64,000 nt of DNA from an uncultured delta proteobacterium (GCA_963789395.1 CAWBKP010000014.1:96001-160000), one strand, 5' to 3'; positions 34,590 through 44,123 are shown, counted from the first letter of the stretch. Notes: generated by a model not told the origin, from the letters alone. Made by a program: numbers and translations.

Positions 34590-35669
34590 GTGACCCTCAT
34601 GCCGCCTTCCATAATGAATCGGCCAGGCCAGGCAATCAATATCTCAGCGAAAAACGAGACCAATTGTTTAAATACGCTGCAACTGAGCCGACTGGAGCAA
34701 TCTTACCGCGAATGGGTGGAAAGTTCGCTGCGATCCGATATATCTTTATCCCGCAAGCGCATTCTGCTTATTTTTCTGTTGATCCGTTATACAGGAGCCA
34801 GACTGAACGAAGTCCTGGCATTGAATCCCCTTCAGGATATCGACCTGCACCGTCAGGTGGTATGTTATGGAAAAACCGGAGCTGAGAAAGGGCATAAAAT
34901 ACGTGAGGTCCAGATATCTGAAGCCCTTTCCAATGAGCTCCGGGCTGCCCTGGGAGGCCCTTTGCTGAAGCCGTCCACAAGCCATTGGTTTCAGGTTGAT
35001 CCAGGCCATGTCCGCCGCAAATTCTACGAGCGCGCAGCAGCCTGCGGCTTTCTCCCGGCGCATGGCGCTCCGGATGCCATCCGGAAGTCCCGGGGCGTGG
35101 AGATGATTCAGAACAACATGCCACTGCCGGTTGTCCAGCGGGTGCTGGGACATTCGACGCCCAATCTGGCCGCATCCTACGTTGAATTTTCCGATGAGGA
35201 CATTCAGCAGGCAAGCCGATTCTTCATTGAAAAAGAGTCGCTTCGAAAAACCAGTGCACGCAACATTTTTTTCGGTAAAATCCGCAAGATTCACCCTGGC
35301 GATATTCAGTCGAAAATCGACATGATCACCATCTCCGGGGCACCCGTGACAAGCGTTATCACCAATGACAGTCTGGTAAGGCTGGGATTGAAAATAGGAT
35401 CGCTGATTACCGCTGAAGTCAAAGCCCCCTGGGTGATTTTAAAAAAAGGCAGTGATGAACCGGACTGTACGGCGGAAAACCGGTTTCATGGCACCGTCTC
35501 CAAAATCACGGAAGGCAAGATCATCACTGAATACGTGGTTCGCCTTGAGGACGGGACGGAGCTGTGTTCCGTCATTACCCGGGAAAGCGGTCAACGCCTC
35601 GACCTTCAGAAAGGGGAGCCGATCTGGGTCTTGTTCAACTGCTTTTCCGTGGTGCTGCATCGAGATTGA
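34590..35669 (+). CDS. TunR-like Mo/W-responsive regulator (tyrosine-recombinase-like domain plus two TOBE/Mop domains)
   Basis: YTGARLNE, DAIRKS and LGHS..SY, then KTSARN..SVIT..S..LGL..VKAP and TAENRF..SVIT. Confidence 0.85.
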   Translation: MTLMPPSIMNRPGQAINISAKNETNCLNTLQLSRLEQSYREWVESSLRSDISLSRKRILLIFLLIRYTGARLNEVLALNPLQDIDLHRQVVCYGKTGAEKGHKIREVQISEALSNELRAALGGPLLKPSTSHWFQVDPGHVRRKFYERAAACGFLPAHGAPDAIRKSRGVEMIQNNMPLPVVQRVLGHSTPNLAASYVEFSDEDIQQASRFFIEKESLRKTSARNIFFGKIRKIHPGDIQSKIDMITISGAPVTSVITNDSLVRLGLKIGSLITAEVKAPWVILKKGSDEPDCTAENRFHGTVSKITEGKIITEYVVRLEDGTELCSVITRESGQRLDLQKGEPIWVLFNCFSVVLHRD

Positions 35670-35818
35670 CTTGAAATGCGCATTGCCTGTGATCGAAATC
35701 ATACACGAATCGGACCCTTCATTCCATACAACGAGTTGCACCACAACTACCCTCAAACCTGATGCTCTGGACAAGATCGTCGATATGGCGTTTGATGAAT
35801 CGGCGTGAAGACGTCAGT

Positions 35819-36997
35819 TTAGCAGGCAAAAGCCGAAATCACGGTTCCCGCAAGAATCACCCACAAAATATCCATCTTGAAATAAAGCGCGGCAAAGGCT
35901 GCAAAAGCCAGAGCTGCATGCGTCCAATCCCATTGAACACTTAAACCAAACCGGATGGTAACGGTGAAAAGAAGCCCCACAAAAGAGCAGAGGATGCCGG
36001 AGATGGCTCTGACAAAAAATGGTGATGAGCGCACCCTGTCAAACCATGGGGCAATGCCGACCAGAATGAGAAAAGACGGCAGAAAGATGCCCATCGTGCC
36101 GATGATCGCCCCGGGTATGCCGTAGATCAGATAGCCCACAAAGGTTGCTGTGATCACGATTGGCCCTGGCGTAAACTGCCCGAGAACGATCCCATTTAAA
36201 AACGTCGGTGCATCCATCCAGGAACGTACTTCAACGATCTCATGAAACATGAGCGGAACCGAAGCAAATCCCCCGCCGAAGGCCATGAGGTCGATCTTGG
36301 CCATGAGCACGGCAAGATGAAAAAGATCTTTTCGGAAGATGAGGAGCAAGGCAAGACCCGCGGCGGAAATAATGAGGAAGATCAGCAGCGGCAGGGTCGT
36401 ATGTCGCATTTTGGTTGATTGGCTCGCAATGCGGGCATGGGGCTTCCTGCCGTTCAGAAGCATCCCGAGGAGCGCCGCCAGGATGATAATGAGAACCGGG
36501 TTTGCCATCAACCCAAAAAGCCCTGCTGCAATAAGCGCGATAAGCGCACTTTTCCAGTCCTTCAGGGAAGTCCTGCTGAAAGATACCGTTGCATTGGCCG
36601 CAACAGCCACGATGACAGCCTGCAGACCGCTAAAGATCGAAACCACCGCCGGAAGCTCATGGGTGCGAACGAAGGCAATGGAGAGCGACAGCATCAGAAA
36701 AAAGGCCGGCAAAATAAATCCGATGTAACTTGCCATTGCCCCGCGTATCCCCCTGACTTTCAATCCGATGTAGGCCGCCATCTGCATGACAGTCGCACCG
36801 GGGATGGTTTGGCACAGGGCTACACCGTCCTGAAAAGATTCGCTGTCAAGCCATTTCTTCTTACCGACAGCCATCTTGCGGACGTATGGAATCATGGCGG
36901 GGCCGCCGAAGGCGGTGATTCCCAGTCTGAGAAAAGAGCCGAATAATTGAATCAATGCTGGATTTGGGGAAACAGGCTTGATTTCAACATCCTTCAT
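35819..36997 (-). CDS. chrA: Chromate-ion transporter (CHR family)
   Basis: FLRLGITAFGGP, QTIPG, AFGGG and GQFTPGP. Confidence 0.92.
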   Translation of the reverse strand: MKDVEIKPVSPNPALIQLFGSFLRLGITAFGGPAMIPYVRKMAVGKKKWLDSESFQDGVALCQTIPGATVMQMAAYIGLKVRGIRGAMASYIGFILPAFFLMLSLSIAFVRTHELPAVVSIFSGLQAVIVAVAANATVSFSRTSLKDWKSALIALIAAGLFGLMANPVLIIILAALLGMLLNGRKPHARIASQSTKMRHTTLPLLIFLIISAAGLALLLIFRKDLFHLAVLMAKIDLMAFGGGFASVPLMFHEIVEVRSWMDAPTFLNGIVLGQFTPGPIVITATFVGYLIYGIPGAIIGTMGIFLPSFLILVGIAPWFDRVRSSPFFVRAISGILCSFVGLLFTVTIRFGLSVQWDWTHAALAFAAFAALYFKMDILWVILAGTVISAFAC

Positions 36998-37517
36998 GCA
37001 GATGGTCTCTTTCAATAATTTCAGGCAATTCACATTCATTCAGATCGAAGCTGGAAAACTGATATCCAAGATGATCTGCCTCTTGATCTGATTCTCGCCA
37101 TAATCTTTCAATACCATACCGGTTCGGTCGCATTTTTGAGAAGGTGATTCTGTACATGATTCTCTATCGGCGATTCAAGATTGTCTGTCTGTAATTCTCG
37201 GGAGGATAATTTCATAGCCGGGTAACTATACACCAGAATCGCATTCTATGGAAAGCAGGATTCTTTCCAGGAAAAAGAGACGAATTGTAAGTTTGGATCT
37301 TTACCGAGACTGCCGGATTCATGGAGTTATTTCTTCGTGAGAATTTCTTTATTTGACAACTCTGATCCGAAATTCAAAAAATCTGGGTTATTCTTGTCCT
37401 CGTAGGCGCATAACTTTTGCTACAGGTTGTTCAATCAGGCGCTGACTGTCCAGGAGGCGCGTCACAGGAAAGCGTTAAATCGGCAAGGGGATAGTTGGAG
37501 AGGTGATAAAAATGAAA

Positions 37518-37546
37518 CAGGCAGAAAGAACGGTTCTTTCTGCCTG
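37518..37546. terminator. Long inverted repeat; likely terminator of the 48-aa gene
   Basis: caggcagaaagaac-g-gttctttctgcctg, with a T-rich tail on the minus strand. Confidence 0.75.
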
Positions 37547-37643
37547 AAATTAAAATGGTTCACCATAATTGCCATGGCATCAAATCATACAACTTGGCTG
37601 GATTCTAAGATCTGAATACGGATGAACGAATCCTATTATCAAA

Positions 37644-37790
37644 TCATCCTGCAACATCGATGCCGAGATTACACCCCAGATGGGGGTCCGGGTTTTCACA
37701 TTCAAAATTGAAATGACGGGTATCGACATGGCCGCGATCCCGTTCTTCCTCTGACTCGATATATGATTGTTCTTTTACAGAGCTTTCCAT
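37644..37790 (-). CDS. 48-aa acidic small protein absent from the ORF track
   Basis: MESSVKEQSYIESEEERDRGHVDTRHFNFECENPDPHLGCNLGIDVAG*, with AGGAGG RBS, upstream promoter and downstream terminator. Confidence 0.7.
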   Translation of the reverse strand: MESSVKEQSYIESEEERDRGHVDTRHFNFECENPDPHLGCNLGIDVAG

Positions 37791-37868
37791 AAGGCGCCTC
37801 CTGGTTTGAACTTCTTATTTGTTGTGTTTGAGCTTTTTTTAAGAATTATTCCTGAAGCTCTTTGGCAT

Positions 37869-37896
37869 ATTCTAAGGCCGCCTTTATGGTTGTCAA
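37869..37896 (-). promoter_or_regulatory. sigma70 promoter of the 48-aa gene
   Basis: TTGACA-N16-TAGAAT. Confidence 0.65.
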
Positions 37897-37922
37897 TAAC
37901 TTGGTAATTGGAACCGCCTTAT

Positions 37923-39800
37923 TTACAGCGTATGCCCCAACCCCAGAGACTTTCTACGTTCCTCGATATGGCGGCGAATGAGAATCGCCGACTTTTCCGG
38001 GTCCGGCTCCACGGCAAAAACCGCACCAACGGCATCCCTGAGCCCTTCCGTGAGCAGCTTGACCACATTCAGGCTGCCGGCAATGGGCGGCATGGGGCCC
38101 AGCACCGTGTAAACCCCGGATGCCACGAAATACGCGCCGATGGACACCGCCTTTTCGGAATACCACTCCGGAGCGGCGCCGGCAATGGGAAGATCGCTGA
38201 TGTCCGCATTCAGGGCATTGGCCAGCGCACTGGCCAGTATCAGAATTCGCACATTGTCCACGCAGCTTCCCAGGTGCAGCACGGGCGGAATTCCCAGCGC
38301 GCCGCAGACCTCTTTTAAGCCCGGACCGGCAAATTGAATCGCATCCGGCATCTTGAACCCGGCCTTGGCTGTGGCAATGGCCGCACACCCGGTATCCACG
38401 ACCAGTATGTCGTTTTCAATCAGGCGCCTGGCCAGTGTGACATGTCCGTAATCATGGAGGATCTTGGGATTGTTACACCCCACGATGCCGGCTGCGCCGC
38501 GGATTTTTCCGGCCTTGATGGCATCTATCAGCGGCGCGGCAGTTCCGCCGAGGGCCCCGATAATGGCTTCCACCGAAAATCCGCCGATGGATTTCACCGG
38601 TTCCACCGGCAGGTAGACCTTGCGCCGTTTGTCATAATTTTCAATGGCTTCCCGCACCAGGGTCTTGGCCAGTTCTTCGGCATTTTCGGGGTGAAATTCC
38701 CGGTGCTGCATTCCGGGGAAGCGGGCCTTGTCGCTGGTGCTGATCATGCGGGTGTGATAGCAGGACGCCACCTGCCCCAGAGACGGCATGATGCACTGAT
38801 AATCCACAAGCATCATCTCCACAGCTCCTGTGGAAAGGACCAGTTCGGTCATGAGGTGGTTGCCGGCCATGGGAATGCCGTGCCGCATCAGCAGCTCGTT
38901 TCCGGTGCAGCAGACACCGGCCAGATTGATGCCGGTTGCGCCTTTACTTTTGGCCAGTTGCACCAGCTCCGGCGACTGTACGGCCGACAGGATCATCTCG
39001 GACACCACGGGATTGTGGCCGTGAACCACGATATTGACCTGATCGTTTTTGAGGACCCCGGTATTGACGCTGGTGGGCTTGGGTGTCGGCGTGCCAAAGA
39101 GGATGTCGGAGACATCCGTTGCGATCATGGAGCCCCCCCATCCATCGGACAGGGCATTGCGGAGCCCCTGAAGCAACAGGCTCTGCCACCCGTTGTCCAC
39201 GCCCATGTGCGTGCGATGCATCATTTCCGATGTTTCCCGATCGATCCCCCGGGGTGTGATGCCCAGATTTTTCCAGATCTCCCGCCGTTTGGCGGGCGCC
39301 CGCTTGACAAGGGAAAGCTCGGGGATGCGGGTGCCGTAATCCTCCTGCATGGCATAGGCCAACTCGCCGGCAACGACCAGCATGTCCTTTCCCTGCGTTT
39401 CAATGCCGTATTCGGCCGCAACGGACTTCAGCTTTTCCCCATCGCGAATGGCATACCCCGGGGCCTTGCCTTTGGCGACGTTGGCCAGGACCTCGACCAG
39501 GTCCCTGCCGTGATCCGAATGGGAGGCGGCGCCGGCGGCGATCATGCGGCAGAGATTCCGGGCCACGATAATGTCGGCGTCGGCCCCGCAAACACCTTGC
39601 TGCGGGCCTTCGCCGAAGGGATCCACCCGGCAGGGGCCCATGACGCAGTTCCGGCAGCTCAGCCCCAGTTCGCAGTATCCGCACTGGGGCAGCTGGGCCT
39701 GATGGCGGTCCCAGACGGTCTCGATCTGATCCGTCTGCGCTTTCTTGAGCAGCAGCTGCCCGTCTTCGGTAATAGTCTGTTGATGAAAAGTGCAGGTCAT
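37923..39800 (-). CDS. cooS: Ni-containing anaerobic CO dehydrogenase catalytic subunit
   Basis: CGYCELGLSCRNCVMGPC..C, SHSDH, and C-cluster ligands HGHNP, CCTGNE, DYQC, GCNN, TGC, GSCVDN, plus SEKA. A GGAGG RBS precedes ATG 39800. Confidence 0.96.
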   Translation of the reverse strand: MTCTFHQQTITEDGQLLLKKAQTDQIETVWDRHQAQLPQCGYCELGLSCRNCVMGPCRVDPFGEGPQQGVCGADADIIVARNLCRMIAAGAASHSDHGRDLVEVLANVAKGKAPGYAIRDGEKLKSVAAEYGIETQGKDMLVVAGELAYAMQEDYGTRIPELSLVKRAPAKRREIWKNLGITPRGIDRETSEMMHRTHMGVDNGWQSLLLQGLRNALSDGWGGSMIATDVSDILFGTPTPKPTSVNTGVLKNDQVNIVVHGHNPVVSEMILSAVQSPELVQLAKSKGATGINLAGVCCTGNELLMRHGIPMAGNHLMTELVLSTGAVEMMLVDYQCIMPSLGQVASCYHTRMISTSDKARFPGMQHREFHPENAEELAKTLVREAIENYDKRRKVYLPVEPVKSIGGFSVEAIIGALGGTAAPLIDAIKAGKIRGAAGIVGCNNPKILHDYGHVTLARRLIENDILVVDTGCAAIATAKAGFKMPDAIQFAGPGLKEVCGALGIPPVLHLGSCVDNVRILILASALANALNADISDLPIAGAAPEWYSEKAVSIGAYFVASGVYTVLGPMPPIAGSLNVVKLLTEGLRDAVGAVFAVEPDPEKSAILIRRHIEERRKSLGLGHTL

Positions 39801-39810
39801 AGTAACCTCC

Positions 39811-40413
39811 TTAGGCCGCATGTCTGACGGCAATCTGTGCGCGTTTGATGGTGTTCAGCAGGGTAAAGCCGGGAGAACCCTTGGGTGTGTCGATGCCCAT
39901 TGAAATGCTCTGGCTGACCTGATCGGTTTTTCGTTTCAGCGACTTCGAAGGATCTTCAAAGGTCAGGGCCCCGGATTTGCAGACCTCCACACAGGCCGGT
40001 ACTTGCCCCTGGAGCTGGCGCTCCAGACAGTTGTCGCATTTGATGGCAACAGCCTTTTTCGGTGGCGCGGAGCTGTCTTCATGGTACCGGATCACGCCGA
40101 ACGGGCAGGCCATGGCGCAGGATGCGCAGTTGATGCAGCGGTCCGGGTCGATAAGAACCGTTTCAGTCCGCAAATCCCGGTAGATCGCACCGGGCAGGCA
40201 GGCCAGCATGCAGGGCGCCGGATTGCAATGCCGGCAGCGGTTGGGAAATCCTTCATCAAAAAGCCCCACGCCCACATGAATCCGGGGTTTTGGCAAAGGG
40301 ACCTCCCGGATCGCCGATAAAAGCTGACGGGTCCGGGAATGGGCCGTGGCGCAGGCCGCCATGCACTGCATGCATCCCACGCACCGTTCCGGGTGAACAA
40401 TAACCTGATTCAT
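39811..40413 (-). CDS. cooF: CooF-like 4x[4Fe-4S] ferredoxin
   Basis: CVGCMQCMAAC, CRHCNPAPC..C, CINCASCAMACP and KCDNC..PACVEVC. Confidence 0.9.
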   Translation of the reverse strand: MNQVIVHPERCVGCMQCMAACATAHSRTRQLLSAIREVPLPKPRIHVGVGLFDEGFPNRCRHCNPAPCMLACLPGAIYRDLRTETVLIDPDRCINCASCAMACPFGVIRYHEDSSAPPKKAVAIKCDNCLERQLQGQVPACVEVCKSGALTFEDPSKSLKRKTDQVSQSISMGIDTPKGSPGFTLLNTIKRAQIAVRHAA

Positions 40414-40425
40414 AAAAACCTCCTT

Positions 40426-41659
40426 TCAGAACATCAGCGATTTGAGGGAAAGATGGGGTTCCAGCAATTTTCTCTTTGAAACCCGGACCGGGATTTCGTT
40501 CTGGATCATGGCCGTCAGAATCCCGCCGGTTTCAATCCGATTGACGAGGGTAGCGCCGATAAGCCGATCCCCTTCAAATACCAGACGGCGATACGTGTTC
40601 AGGCGCCGGTTCTGTTCGCTAAGAATCGTAAAGCGCGGATCATCCGGTGCATTCACCCATCCGGCAGCCAGAATGTCCAGATCAAAAATGCGAATGACGT
40701 TCCGGCTCAGGCTTCCCTTATATACGACAGGCGCGTCCGGCCATGTTCATACCGGCAATCCGCCCTTGTGCAACCGCTTCCGGCCAGATCGCATTTACCC
40801 AGCGGGTTTTTCTGGCGATATCCATGGATTCAGCCACATCGCCGGCGGCAAATATGCCGGGGAAGGAGGTTTGCAGGTGATCATCCACCACGATTCCCAG
40901 GTCCACCTGTATCCGGTCCCGAGGAACAAAGGTTAGACGGACGGCAGCACTCCTTTGCCGACAATGACCAGATCGCAGGAAACCTCGGACCCGTCGGAAA
41001 GAACCGCGCCGGTTACCGTATCGCTGCCTTGGAATCCCGTGACTTCCACACCGACCCGGACATCCAGTCCCCGGCGGGTCAGTTCGGCCAGAATCATGCC
41101 CCCGGCGGTTTCATCCACCTGAAGGGACAGGGGATAACCGGAGCGGATGAGCATGGTCACGTAATTCCCCGGTGCAAGAGCCCATGGCCGCCTTGAATCC
41201 GACCAGGCCGCCGCCCAGTACCAGGGCATGTCGCGTTCGGTGCATCACTTCCAGCATCTTCAGCACCTGATGCTGGTTCCGCATGAAAAAAATATTGGTT
41301 AAGTTGGAAGCAGATGCTTTTATTGGACGGGGGTCTGCGCCGGAAGCTATAAGAAGGGTATCAAAAGACAGGGCTTTTCCATCGGAAAGAAACAGGGTTC
41401 TTGCGTCCACATCCATCCGAGCGACCCGGCTTCCCAAAACCGGGGTAATGTTGAGGGCTTCGTAAAATTCAATCCCCGCGGACGGGAAGTTTCGCGGGGG
41501 AAATGGCACCTTCCAGGACAAGGCTTATCATGGGCCGGCAATAGGGAGTCGACCGACTTCATCTCTGACCATGGCAATACTGCCGGCACCATCCAGTTGG
41601 CGGATGGACTCTGCGGCACTGATACCGGCAATACCGTTTCCGATGATGACATGGTTCAT
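40426..41659 (-). CDS. FAD/NAD(P)-dependent oxidoreductase (FNOR), several frameshifts
   Basis: MNHVIIGNGIAG, LLIASGA, VLGGGLVG, IFAAGDVAE and WPEAVAQG in successive frames. Confidence 0.85.
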
Positions 41660-41661
41660 GG

Positions 41662-42192
41662 CTAACCTCCTTCCTGGCGAATCCGACTGAAGGTCATGTG
41701 CTCATGGGATGTATCCAGGTAATTCTGAATGGGATCGGCGATGCGCGGAATGATTTCATGGGGAAATTCCTTTCGGAAGGTTGCCGGTGCCCCGGCAACC
41801 AAGTGATACGGCCCGACAATCTGGCCTTCCTTCAAAAGGGAGCCCGCGGCGACCATGGACCCCGTAAGGACCCGGCACTCATTCAGCAGCAGAGAGCCCA
41901 TGCCGATCAGGCAGTAATCTTCGATATAACAGCCATGCACCACGCAATTGTGGCCGATGGTGACATGCTTTCCGATATGCGCAGGCTTTCCGTAGTCCGT
42001 ATGCACCGTGCAGTTGTCCTGGACATTGGAGTTTTCCCCGACAAAAATCGGGGCCATATCTCCCCTTAGCACGGCACCATACCAGATGCTGGCCCCGTCC
42101 CGGATGTCAACATCCCCGACAATCACGGCAGTGGGCGCGATAAAAACACGGTTGCCGATTCGCGGTTTTTTCTCACCCAAATCTATTATCAT
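41662..42192 (-). CDS. gamma-carbonic anhydrase family protein
   Basis: Hexapeptide repeats, VLRGD, NVQDNCTVH, IGHN and VHGC (three Zn-ligand His). Confidence 0.9.
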   Translation of the reverse strand: MIIDLGEKKPRIGNRVFIAPTAVIVGDVDIRDGASIWYGAVLRGDMAPIFVGENSNVQDNCTVHTDYGKPAHIGKHVTIGHNCVVHGCYIEDYCLIGMGSLLLNECRVLTGSMVAAGSLLKEGQIVGPYHLVAGAPATFRKEFPHEIIPRIADPIQNYLDTSHEHMTFSRIRQEGG

Positions 42193-42457
42193 TAGAGACC
42201 CTTTTATGATTCGCTTTCATGGATATTCATTCACAAAACCTTGCATCTCTGGCTGGACGTAAATCTATATTGCAATGCCATCGCCTGCACCTTCAGATTT
42301 CAAGCAAAAATCTGATTTATTCTTAAAACAAAGAAGTTTTAGTGTCAAAATAAATGATCACCCCCTTCCCCTTTATGGACAAACCGAAGCGCTTGGAGTA
42401 TGATGTCTTTAAACGTTGCCCTGCGGAAACGAAACCCGCTCCACCAACAATTCGCAA

Positions 42458-43258
42458 ATGATACCTATGAAAGATTATTATCAGATCCTGGGGGTTTCCA
42501 AAGATGCTCCTGCGCAAAAAATAAAGACCGCTTACCGGGAAAAGGCTTTTTTGTATCATCCGGACCGCTGCAAGGATCCGGCCGGCGCGGATCAGATGAA
42601 AGCCGTCAACGAGGCGTATGCCGTTCTGTCCAACCCCCAGAAGCGGAAAGAATACGATATGCTGCAGCAGCAGTACGGTGATGCGGCTTACGGGCATTTC
42701 CGAAAGTCGTACTCGGAACAGGATATTTTCAGGGGGTCCGACATCCAGCAGATATTTGAAGAAATGGCCAGGGGATTCGGCATTCGGGGATTTGATGCCA
42801 TTTTCAAGGAATACTATGGCCAGAACTATAAAAAATTCGAACTCAAACGGCCCGGAATCAATATCCAGGGCTTTTTTTTCACTGGGGGCTTTGGAATGCC
42901 TTTTCTAAAAACACAATCCATCAAAGAAAAACTGGGAAATGTCTCCCGGCAATTGCTTCAGAAAGCGACCAGCGGCCAACCACAGAAAGGCGCCGACTAT
43001 CACGATGTCATTCACATCGATCCGTCGCTGGCAGAAAATGGCGGTCCTTACGCTTACCAACTAAAGGCCCACGGCAGAAAGCTTGTGGTGAAAATCCCTC
43101 CGGGAACGCGTGAAGGACAGAAAATCCGGCTGGCAGGAATGGGGGAAGCCGGAAGAAACGGCATGCCTTCCGGAGATCTGTATTTAAAAATCACCCTGCA
43201 GAAATCACTGTTTGAAAAAATCAAGGCCCTGCTGCCGCTGAAAAACAGAAAAAGCTGA
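42458..43258 (+). CDS. DnaJ/CbpA-like J-domain protein
   Basis: KDYYQILGV, HPD and KIPPG..GQKIRLAGMG..GDLYL. Confidence 0.9.
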   Translation: MIPMKDYYQILGVSKDAPAQKIKTAYREKAFLYHPDRCKDPAGADQMKAVNEAYAVLSNPQKRKEYDMLQQQYGDAAYGHFRKSYSEQDIFRGSDIQQIFEEMARGFGIRGFDAIFKEYYGQNYKKFELKRPGINIQGFFFTGGFGMPFLKTQSIKEKLGNVSRQLLQKATSGQPQKGADYHDVIHIDPSLAENGGPYAYQLKAHGRKLVVKIPPGTREGQKIRLAGMGEAGRNGMPSGDLYLKITLQKSLFEKIKALLPLKNRKS

Positions 43259-43274
43259 AACAGGAGCAGCCCCG

Positions 43275-44123
43275 GTGGATATTTATTATGTTGACGGCAA
43301 GTTTGTTCCATCTGATGAAGCGGTGATTCCCGTAACCGATCTGGCTGTTCTTCGGGGCCTGGGCGCATTTGACTTCATGCGGACCTATGACGGAAAGCCG
43401 TTTTGCCTTCGGGCACACCTGGAGCGGCTTGAAGCATCAACTCGGAAAATCGGGCTCCGTTTCCCCTGGACACGGGATACACTGGTGCAGCTTGTCATGG
43501 AAACGCTCAGCAGAAATTCCCACAAAGAATCCAATATCCGGGTAATCGTTACCGGCGGGTCCAGCCCGGATTTCATGAATCCACAGGGAAACCCCAGACT
43601 GATCATCATGGTTTCTCCGCTTCCCGACATGCCTGCTTGGTGGTACAGCAACGGTATTCATGTCATTACCCATATGGCGGAAAGATCCCTGGCCGGCGCC
43701 AAAAGCATCAACTATGTTCAGGCGTCCCTGGCACTTGAAACCGCCCGTCAGAAAGGCGCCCAGGAGGCCGTTTATGTCGATCTCCAGGGGATGGCGCTTG
43801 AAGGCACCACATCCAATATTTTCGTCATCACAGCCGGCAAACTGATCACCCCGGGGAGGGGAATTCTTCCCGGAATTACCCGGCAGGTCATTCTGGATCT
43901 GGCCCAGTCACATTTTACAGTTGAAATCCGGGATGTTTTTCTTTCAGAAATGCTATCGGCCGATGAGGTTTTCATCTGCGGCACCAATAAAGGCATCGTT
44001 CCGGTCGTCAAGGTGGACGACACCCTTGTCGGAAACGGAAAATCCGGCCCCAAGACCCGTATGCTGATCCAGCACTTTCCGGAATTTATCCGTACTTACG
44101 ATGCGCCACTGATTGCCTTGTAG
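43275..44123 (+). CDS. Class IV PLP aminotransferase (D-amino acid/branched-chain type)
   Basis: DLAVLRG, HLERL, AKSINY, EGTTSNIF and ILPGITR. Confidence 0.88.
   Translation: MDIYYVDGKFVPSDEAVIPVTDLAVLRGLGAFDFMRTYDGKPFCLRAHLERLEASTRKIGLRFPWTRDTLVQLVMETLSRNSHKESNIRVIVTGGSSPDFMNPQGNPRLIIMVSPLPDMPAWWYSNGIHVITHMAERSLAGAKSINYVQASLALETARQKGAQEAVYVDLQGMALEGTTSNIFVITAGKLITPGRGILPGITRQVILDLAQSHFTVEIRDVFLSEMLSADEVFICGTNKGIVPVVKVDDTLVGNGKSGPKTRMLIQHFPEFIRTYDAPLIAL

Noticed and set aside
34590..35669. Phage integrase marking a prophage or ICE
   Set aside because: It is fused to TOBE domains, its HxxR motif is degenerate, and no att repeats or mobility genes were seen. A TunR-like regulator fits better.
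36980..37160. 57-aa minus-strand ORF (MYRITFSK..HEGC) overlapping the chrA start
   Set aside because: Weak RBS and no recognisable motif; it cannot be supported.
37605..37646. Selenocysteine read-through of the 48-aa ORF's TGA
   Set aside because: An in-frame TAG follows after about 12 codons and there is no convincing SECIS hairpin.
38334..39827. Long antisense ORFs (e.g. 497 aa opposite cooS; others opposite ileS, uvrA and pdxS)
   Set aside because: These are shadow frames expected from GC-rich codon bias, with no motifs.
42265..42285. sigma54 promoter for the CODH operon
   Set aside because: The GG and GC are not spaced as -24/-12.
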